Positions 33,960-42,655 of a stretch of 42,655 nucleotides of DNA are shown piece by piece. Position 1 is the stretch's first letter; every line of letters begins with the position of its first letter. The stretch comes from Octopus bimaculoides (taxonomy: Eukaryota), in NCBI RefSeq assembly GCF_001194135.2, contig NC_068985.1, forward strand, positions 22,306,257-22,348,911, given 5' to 3'. The translations under genes and the position numbers were made by a program. The notes below the pieces were generated by a model, which was not told where the DNA came from, did no database searches, and saw only the letters and a list, made by a program, of their open reading frames with translations.

Positions 33960-34671
33960 NNNNNNNNNNNNNNNNNNNNNNNNNNNNNNNNNNNNNNNNN
34001 NNNNNNNNNNNNNNNNNNNNNNNNNNNNNNNNNNNNNNNNNNNNNNNNNNNNNNNNNNNNNNNNNNNNNNNNNNNNNNNNNNNNNNNNNNNNNNNNNNNN
34101 NNNNNNNNNNNNNNNNNNNNNNNNNNNNNNNNNNNNNNNNNNNNNNNNNNNNNNNNNNNNNNNNNNNNNNNNNNNNNNNNNNNNNNNNNNNNNNNNNNNN
34201 NNNNNNNNNNNNNNNNNNNNNNNNNNNNNNNNNNNNNNNNNNNNNNNNNNNNNNNNNNNNNNNNNNNNNNNNNNNNNNNNNNNNNNNNNNNNNNNNNNNN
34301 NNNNNNNNNNNNNNNNNNNNNNNNNNNNNNNNNNNNNNNNNNNNNNNNNNNNNNNNNNNNNNNNNNNNNNNNNNNNNNNNNNNNNNNNNNNNNNNNNNNN
34401 NNNNNNNNNNNNNNNNNNNNNNNNNNNNNNNNNNNNNNNNNNNNNNNNNNNNNNNNNNNNNNNNNNNNNNNNNNNNNNNNNNNNNNNNNNNNNNNNNNNN
34501 NNNNNNNNNNNNNNNNNNNNNNNNNNNNNNNNNNNNNNNNNNNNNNNNNNNNNNNNNNNNNNNNNNNNNNNNNNNNNNNNNNNNNNNNNNNNNNNNNNNN
34601 NNNNNNNNNNNNNNNNNNNNNNNNNNNNNNNNNNNNNNNNNNNNNNNNNNNNNNNNNNNNNNNNNNNNNNN
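33960..34671. other. Assembly gap
   Basis: Run of N. Confidence 1.
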
Positions 34672-35200
34672 GTTATCTAGGTAACCAAGTTAGTAGCGAG
34701 GGAGGGTGCGCTGAAAGTGTAGCTACTAGAATAAGAATAGCCTGGGCAAAGTTCAGAGAGCTCTTACCTCTGCTGGTGACAAAGGGCCTCTCACTCAGAG
34801 TAAAAAACAGACTGTATGACGCATGTGCATGAACAGCCATGCTACATGGCAGTGAAACATGGGCTGTTACTGCTGAGGACATGCATAGGCTCGCAAGAAA
34901 CGAAGTCAGTATGCTCTGATGGATGTGTAATGTCAGTGTGCATACTCGACAGAGTGTAAGTACCTTGTGAGAAAAGTTGGACCTAAGAAGCATCAGTTGT
35001 GGTGTGCAAAAGAGACGATTGCGCTGGTATGGTCACGTGGTGAGAATGGATGAGGATAGCTGTGTGGAAAAGTGCCACACCCTAGCGGTTGAGGGAACCT
35101 GTGGAAGAGGTAGACCCAGGAAGACCTGGAATGAGATGGTGAAGCATGACCTTCGAACATTAGGCCTCACTGAGGCAATGACTAGTGACTGAGACCTTTG
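34672..35200 (+). mobile_element. RTE LINE 3' coding part (same family as fragments A/B)
   Basis: YLGNQVSSEGGCAESVATRIRIAWAKFRELLPLL...RRLRWYGHVVRMDEDS...GRGRPRKTWNEMVKHDL. Confidence 0.92.
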
Positions 35201-35518
35201 NNNNNNNNNNNNNNNNNNNNNNNNNNNNNNNNNNNNNNNNNNNNNNNNNNNNNNNNNNNNNNNNNNNNNNNNNNNNNNNNNNNNNNNNNNNNNNNNNNNN
35301 NNNNNNNNNNNNNNNNNNNNNNNNNNNNNNNNNNNNNNNNNNNNNNNNNNNNNNNNNNNNNNNNNNNNNNNNNNNNNNNNNNNNNNNNNNNNNNNNNNNN
35401 NNNNNNNNNNNNNNNNNNNNNNNNNNNNNNNNNNNNNNNNNNNNNNNNNNNNNNNNNNNNNNNNNNNNNNNNNNNNNNNNNNNNNNNNNNNNNNNNNNNN
35501 NNNNNNNNNNNNNNNNNN
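35201..35518. other. Assembly gap
   Basis: Run of N. Confidence 1.
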
Positions 35519-35815
35519 GTGAAAAAACATTTGAGCGAGGTCGTTGCCAGTGCCACTGGACTGGCTCCTGTGCAGGTGGCACGTAGATAACACCATTTTG
35601 AGTGTGGCTGTTGCCAGTACCACGAGACTGGTGCTCATGCAGGTGGCACGTAAAAGCACCCACTACACTCTCAGAGTGGTTGGCGTTAAGAAGGGCATCC
35701 AGCTGTAGAAACTCTGCCAGATCAGATTGGAGCCTGGTGCAGCTATCCGGTTCGCCAGTCCTCAGTCAAATCTTCCAACCCATGGAAAGTGGACATTAAA
35801 CAATGATGATGATGA

Positions 35816-35820
<5 letters not shown>
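35519..35820 (+). mobile_element. RTE 3' UTR with (GAT)n tail, probably the end of the 34672 element
   Basis: gtgccac...gtggcac units, then ggacattaaacaatgatgatgatgatga followed by (TA)n. Confidence 0.8.
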
Positions 35821-35859
<39 letters not shown>

Positions 35860-37240
35860 TGTTTTGCCAACCTATATAACACTATTTTGCCATACTATAT
35901 ACATATTTCTATTTCATTTCTAGGTTTCTTATTTTTCAGCACCACTTTGTCTCTTAATTGTGTTATTTCTTCCTCTTATTTACTATTTACTGTAAATCTA
36001 GTACTTCCTTATAATGCTATGTTTTACCAGAAGAAGCATGTACAGACAAAGAGAGGAAGAAGCATAGTGAGAGAGAATGAGATGCAAATAGGAAAATAGA
36101 GGAGTTTAGAAGAGAAATGTAGGAGAAAAAAACATAGTTTTTTTAAAGGGTATATGTGTGTGTGTGTGTGTATTTATTCCATCTTATCCAACGTGTCCTC
36201 GTTTGTAAAATGTTAGCTTGTGACATTGTAGAAGATTTGGCTGTTATTTCCAGTAGGTCAAGCAACCACACAGATTCTCACATTTTCTCACACAAAAATA
36301 CACATACATATACCTACATATATGCACACACATGTTATTTTTTAATCGTTGATTTCAGTTAACTTGTTAAGTGGTTGCACCTGTTTTTTTTTTGACAAAA
36401 GTGGGGAGAGGAAGAGGGAGAGAGAGAGAATGAGAGTAAGGTGGGGGAAAGATAACGGAGAGAGTGGTGGTGTGTATTGACGATCTGAACGACAGCTTAT
36501 GTAAACTTACCAACTCCTTATCACTGCATACCAATTTCTTACATTCCTTCCTTTCTTTCTAGCCCTCAAATATTCTAGAGATTCCATTTGGGTTTTACAT
36601 GTGTGTGTGTGTGTGTGTGTGTGTATTTCTTTGTGATGGACAACTCCTTTTTCCTTCCTTAGCTTTCTAAAAGTTACATATATGCATATGTATTGGTGTT
36701 GGTGTACGTGTGTGTGTGTATGTATGTCTGTATGTATGTATGTCTCTTCTGAGGAGGGAGCCAGTTTCCAACAAAGATACAAGGCTCCATCTTTGGGATG
36801 TAGTTAACACAGATAAATTCACATTTGGAACTTGAGTAAAGTCTTGCATATTTTTACTGTTCCATTCACAGATTGCACTTGTAATGTACGAATTAGACAG
36901 TTGATTTCTCTTTCTGAAAATTCTAGTTTATCTAGATTCTCCTCTAATCATTTACTAACAAAATCTAGTGCTCCAATTATTATTGTTATGAATATGAATT
37001 CATGTATGTATGTACTTGTGTACATATGTATGCAGTGTCCATCATAATATATTTTCATCTTCCACTAAGCCCTGCCTATTACTTGGAAATTTCCAAATTT
37101 AAATTCCATAACTTAACTTTTATCTTACCCCTCTCATTCAAGTTCAATGCAACTCAGCCCACACCTCACACATTTTGTGTACCACAGCCTAAATAGCCAA
37201 ATGATTGTCTATGGTTTTATAAGTTACTAGCTGAATAGTC

Positions 37241-37349
37241 CGTCGTTGCAGGGCAATTTTCACAATGTTCCAATGCCTTAGCCTTGCCATCGCCCGTGGT
37301 AATGCCGCGAGCATGTTGGCTTATTCAGTATGTTCCACTGAACCTTGAG
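37241..37349 (+). mobile_element. C-terminal fragment of a CRE-clade-like (restriction-like endonuclease) non-LTR element
   Basis: MFQCLSLAIARGNAASMLA resembles the FQRLSxAxQRGNAAS terminal motif. Confidence 0.5.
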
Positions 37350-38110
37350 ATGTGGGACCAATTGAGGCACTTGGTGTTGAATTGATGTGTTTTTTCCATT
37401 TTTCTTTTTTGTTTCTTGTTTTTTTTTTTAATCTTTCTTTATTCCTCTTTTTCCCTTTTTTCCCTCCCAGTTTTGAATTTGTATTTTTAATGTGGTTTTG
37501 TATTATATATGTATTGTTTACATCTGTGTTATATCCTGATAAAAGGTACTCAAAGAGTAACTTTTATTCGCATGACATAGCGATTTCTATCTTGATTTCT
37601 GTTTCTTTTAAAAATCCAAAATCCAGTCATAAATGATGCTGTGTTCAGAATCATACAATATTTTGCATATTTTTTCCTGAATGATGCCACATGCCTAAAT
37701 TCATGAAACTCCAATCCTACCAGCGATCAGCAATATATAGGAGGATTGTATGAACCTGAAAATGTGTCTTATTATACACTTTATCTGTATGTGGTACAAT
37801 ATCCTGATTTATATATATGTAAAATCATAAAATAATCAGAAGACTACATGTTTGAATCACATTGGGGTTACCAAAATTGAAGAAGGCGGTTCTTCCTTTA
37901 AGTCAAACGTAACGATTTCTGTCTATTGATCTGTGACAAAATTAGTACAATCATTTTAGAAGGTGTGCAATTCTTTAGTCAGGAATCACTAAAATATAAT
38001 GACATTATAATTCATATTAGATAAATGTCAACTTTATAATTAATTAATTGTTCTTCCTTCATTCATTTCTCCAATGCATCTTCACATTCAATCAAGCACA
38101 ACAGCCTTCG

Positions 38111-38112
<2 letters not shown>

Positions 38113-38170
<58 letters not shown>
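38113..38170. repeat. (CA)n microsatellite
   Basis: Direct inspection; other short arrays at about 129-147 (GACA), 35818-35855 (TA), 36599-36624 (TG) and 39245-39280 (CA). Confidence 0.95.
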
Positions 38171-38173
<3 letters not shown>

Positions 38174-39039
38174 AAAAAAATAAAAGAGAAACCGGAGAAA
38201 TTGACATATAGACATCAAATTATTGGAACATAATGCAATTCTCAACAATATTAAACTCAATTTCACCTACATCCCTTTTAAGAGGATTTAAGTCCTTGAT
38301 TTAATCATATATACAGATAAGTTGCAATAATAAATCTCTGAGTGAGATGTAAACAGTAGCAGCACGACATCATGAAGTATATTTGCTACCTAAATGTGGC
38401 TGGCCCATATGGAACGATGCCACTGTTGTTTATATCCCCAGGAAGACAGCTCCTCCATCTGGCTAACGACACACTGTCTGTGTCCGATCAGTATTTGCGA
38501 AGGGAAATCATCGTTCCCATCTCTAGCCTTACGTGATACACACGGACCCGGGTTTCTGGATAATAACCTGTCATCAGCCTGTGGCAGTCACCAGCTAGGG
38601 ATGAGAACTGATTCCAAACGCAAAATACTATATGCTTTTTCGAGTGACAAGCCGTTGCTGATCTCGAAAAAGGAGATATCTTAATTCATATTCCATACAT
38701 TACTGATTGAAGCACAGCATCACGTTAGACAAAAACAAGGGACATAATTCTGACAATATTGGATAAGAGTTACTTCCCTTGAAAGTTTTTCTTGTTTGCA
38801 TCCTATTTATTTTTAGCTAAAAGTTATAAGTGAATCTTTGTGTGTTATTTTAAATGGCTTATAAACACCTTCCACGCAGCAAAGGAATAAATATTTTACT
38901 TTTTCTTTCAATCAAACATAAGTTTGATTTATAGTGCTATCATTTCTGAAATAGAAAAACTGAGTTCAAATTACAGTTTTTGCTTCTAATTAATCTCCAG
39001 AAGAATTTTATCTGTAGGCCTACAAGTTTTCAGTCTGTT

Positions 39040-39245
39040 AACTAACCACCATCATTACTCTCAGCATCACCCTCAATTTAACATCTACTTTTCCATGTTT
39101 CGATGGGTTGTATGGAGTTTATTGAGACAGATTTTCTACAGCTGGATTCCCTTCCTGTTGCCAACCTTTACCTGTTCCACAGAATATTGGAAATGAATGA
39201 TATTCATTTACAGTAATCACATAATATCTAGACAAAGACACAAAC

Positions 39246-39281
<36 letters not shown>

Positions 39282-39830
39282 TATCTATTCTTAAATATCA
39301 AACAACAGCAGTTCTATCTGTTCGATTTTAATATTTATTCATGAAAGTAAAATTCACTTAGTCAAAGGATCTTTTTTCTTTTCCTTTTCATGTTCTTGTT
39401 CTTTTCCTTTCTTGCAAGTTATTTGTTGACCCCGCTAGTGCCACTGACACAAGAATAGCATCCAGTATACACTGTAAAGTAGTTGGTATTAGGAAGGACG
39501 TCCAGTGATAGAAAACTTGTCAAAGCTGACATTGGTGTCTGATGCAGTTTTCTGGTTCACCAGCTTCTGTCAAACTATCCAAACCATGCCAGAATGCAAA
39601 ATGGATGTTAATTGATTATGATAAATGATGATGATGATAACAAAGATTAAAGCCTAAAAATATATCTAATATTTACTAACTACATTAGTACAAGGCTCTA
39701 TGTACTAATGTAATTACATTATGAGTTCAAATCCTGCTGAGGTCAATATTGTTTTTTATCTTCCTGAGGTCAATAAAATGATTTGATTGTGTCCTTTGTC
39801 AAAATTTGTGGCCATGAGACAATGTTAGAA
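39040..39830. mobile_element. Cluster of SINE remnants (about 39040-39180 minus, 39440-39640 plus, 39690-39830 plus)
   Basis: RTE-like tails ending in (GAT)n and a gagttcaaatcc B-box head. Confidence 0.6.
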
Positions 39831-39929
39831 AATTATAATAGGTTTAGATTGAATGTAGGTATTATTTAATTAAGTTTCAATGTGTGAAATTTGTTATTAC
39901 TAACTACTTCCACTACTCTGAACTAGCAA

Positions 39930-40110
39930 ACTGCATACCTCCTTCACCTAGTTCATTTATTTCTCCACTTTTCATCATTCATTTCTACTGCATCTCTCCC
40001 TAACATTTCATACTCAGGTTCTACACAAAAAATTCTGCCTTAGAGCTGTAATCCTCTGGAATTACTCACCAACCATGTTTTCCCCAGAGACATCAATATC
40101 AGTCTTATTA
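39930..40110 (+). mobile_element. Possible CR1/L2/Jockey-type LINE 3' remnant (a similar trace lies at about 19450-19620)
   Basis: Frameshifted LWNxxxxHVFPRDINI-like terminal motif. Confidence 0.35.
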
Positions 40111-40184
40111 GTAATGATGGGGATAGAGATGGAATGGAGGTTTAACAAGCTTATGGGTGCTATTCTTTCTCCTCTGCACATCAT

Positions 40185-40520
40185 CATCCTCATCATCATT
40201 TAACGTCTGCTTTCCATGCTAGCATGGGTTGGACGATTTGACTGAGGACTGGTGAACCAGATGTCTACACCAGGCTTCAATCTGATTTGGCAGAGTTTCT
40301 ACAGCTGGATGCTCTTCCTAACACCAACCACTCTGAGAGTGTAGTGGGTGCTTTTACGTGCCACCGGCATGAAGGCCAGTCAGGCGGTATTGGCAACAGC
40401 CACACTCAAAATGGTGTATTTTATGTGCCACCTGCACAGGAGCCAGTCCAGTGGCACTGGCAACAACCTCGCTCGAATGTCTTTTCACGTGCCACCGGCA
40501 CAAGTGCCAGAAAACCTACC
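40185..40520 (-). mobile_element. RTE 3' UTR with (GAT)n tail
   Basis: Reverse complement of the 35519-35820 sequence type. Confidence 0.8.
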
Positions 40521-42433
40521 AGCCATTTATCTATGTGAGTTTGTAAATATGGAATTTAAACTCTTATTGTGCTGTCAGAAGTCACACTACTTTATTGGCA
40601 TCATCATCATCATTTCCACTGCTACTGCCACTGCCACTACCATGGTCACCTGAGATTAGTGCAGCATGTTCCCTGTTATAATTTGCACAACAATAGATCT
40701 GATAGCAAAGTTGTGATAAGCAATTTGCTATTTATCAAGTTATGTTCCAATGTTTACTTTGCACTAATGATTTCATTTCTTATCTAATTAAAACAATTTT
40801 GACATTTTTTATAAAGAAGTGCAGATATTTCCTGTATTAAAGTGCACTGTCCAAGCAATGGATGGAGCAAATTGTTACCTAATTCAGTTTTCTTTCTGAG
40901 TCTTTTACTTCAGAACTACATTATCCAATGTGCCCTTCAATTTTTAAGACAATAGAGTGTGGTTTGAGGGAGATTTGGCTGCTATTTTTAGCAAGTTGAG
41001 TGACAGCCTAGTGTCCTTCAACTATGCAAAGAATTACCACAGCTCTCTGCAACACACAACTATAGCACCTAAAATCATTACAAATGTAAGGCCTTACAAT
41101 CTGTTGTGAGATATCACAGCAAACATACATAACATTATCAAAACTGCTTCCCTGGGCTAATGCATTCTCTTTAGAGACAGATATTTCTTGAACATGATCA
41201 GGTGCTCATTCATTTAAAAGATCAGGTAATACCCACATTGGAGTAATGTTTCACACATCTAGTATTACTATTACACTCGTAAACATTATAAACATCACTT
41301 AAAAGAAGGTAATTCAGCTGATTTGCAAAGATTTATTCACTAATACACAACATTCTGTAACTCACAGGAATGCTATCTTTCTCTTTCGCTATTACTATGA
41401 CTGCAGCTGTTCCTGTAAAATAGCTAGTTCACTGCATTGGTGCACATCACTTTTCTTTTCAGTGACATTAGTACACCTCACGTCTCATAAAATAATTCAT
41501 TAAATCCAATCCGTCTACAAAAGTGCATACCTCTGGTGTTATCTCTCCACAAATATTCTTTCTACAGATGCTTAAACTGATTATCAGCCACATCAGTCTC
41601 AGTAGTATGGATGGACCTACAAAAGTTATGAACACATTCCTTCCTTTGATCAAATAATGAAAAGAGTTTGTTATATCATCTGGTTAGTGAATTACCAGAG
41701 TTGTTTGTGTACGAGATGAAATATCTTGCAGTATTTGTTCTAGATTTTTGCATTCTAAGTTCAAACTTTATCAAGGTCAGCTTTGCATTTTATCCTTTTG
41801 AAGTCAAAACATGACCAGTCCAGGAAGTGACCAATTTTTCTCTTTCTATCTCTCCAAAAGAAATCAGCTATGGTTATGCCTGGAGAGGAATGTGTGCCAC
41901 CAGGTTTAAATTGTTTAAGACACTCTTATCACAATGGCATCCTTACAACTCTACCAGGAGTTGAAGACTCAAAGAAAGGCAAGGCAAGGTATATCGTCTA
42001 TTCATTCCACTAACTGACACACCAACTCTTTAAACAATTATTATCTCTGTCTTACCACTGAACTGAGCATTTACTCAAACATCACAGTTTCCATTGCCTA
42101 TGATTGCCTGCTCATTATCAACCTTCTTCATTATAATCCTCTACTTTTCAAAACTTTTGCTTCTTTATTTCAGCAAACTTGTTAGAGCTTTGTTAATTCT
42201 ATGTTGTGTATCTTTGGATAACTAAGCAAAACAGTTTTATCCAAGACAGCTAAACAAGCAACAAATGCAATTCTTCCTGATAATGTTCCTCCACATCATT
42301 CATACAACCAAAGTGCACATCTCCAAGGTTCTAAACTAGTGGTTTCCAACAGTAGTTCCTTTTATTTAAATGAATTTTCTCACAGACTCCTTTTAATATG
42401 CTTATCCTTATGTGTGTGTGTGTATATATATAT

Positions 42434-42655
42434 ACAGCTGATTGTATCTTTACTGTCAGACAATTACAGGAGAAGTGCATTGAACAGAATCTTGCTCTGT
42501 ACCATTGCTTTGTTGATTTGAGCAAAGCATTCGATACTGTTAATCGAAGTGCTCTGTGGCTAATTCTGGGGAAAATTGGTTGCCCAGAAAAGTTTATAAA
42601 CATGGTCAAGGCTTTGCATCAGGATATGAGAGCTAGGGTTAATTTTGGTGGTAGG
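42434..42655 (+). mobile_element. RTE (BovB-like) reverse transcriptase fragment, runs off the window
   Basis: TADCIFTVRQLQEKCIEQNLALYHCFVDLSKAFDTVNRSALWLILGKIGCPEKFINMVKALHQDMRARV, with no stop codon. Confidence 0.9.

Noticed and set aside
33901-35663. Long ORFs of 106-306 aa
   Set aside because: Artefacts of translating through N gaps, or antisense to the RTE
38485-38577. CTGATGA...GAAA or TGATGA...CTGA on the minus strand as a hammerhead or C/D snoRNA
   Set aside because: Helix II closure and helices I/III are missing; no terminal stem or recognisable rRNA guide
1-42655. CRISPR arrays, rRNA, intact tRNA, 7SL/snRNA genes, U12-type introns
   Set aside because: None seen; all SRP68 and RPS2 introns have ordinary GT-AG ends without the GTATCCTT signature

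Overview
AT-rich animal genomic window, most likely a coleoid cephalopod (Octopus). The taxon is inferred from the tRNA-derived SINEs, (GAT)n-tailed RTE LINEs and microsatellite style. Two housekeeping genes lie on the minus strand. (1) The 5' end of RPS2/uS5: TATA, ETS and TCT/5'TOP promoter, a non-coding exon 1, and coding exon 2 at 2129-2356; the rest of the gene runs off the left edge. (2) A complete SRP68 gene that I could splice by hand into 11 coding exons (30362 down to 12734; 1806 nt, 601 aa; all GT-AG; phases consistent). The rest is a dense mix of decayed mobile DNA: at least four RTE lineages, a full-length maT/DD37D-type Tc1/mariner element with TIRs and TA TSD, a mariner 3' fragment, piggyBac-like and hAT-like MITEs, Penelope-like fragments, a CRE-like fragment and many SINEs, plus three N gaps. 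The best leads are: two minimal type I hammerhead-ribozyme-like motifs (one sense-oriented in SRP68 intron 1); an 81-nt fold-back hairpin in the same intron; a decayed initiator tRNA-Met copy in SRP68 intron 4; a PHD finger embedded inside an RTE reverse transcriptase; SRP68 codons that A-to-I editing would revert to the human residue; and an unexplained CpG-rich structured island near 38.5 kb. I see no evidence of a new multi-gene system and no CRISPR or prokaryotic features. All structural calls are by eye and need computational or experimental confirmation.
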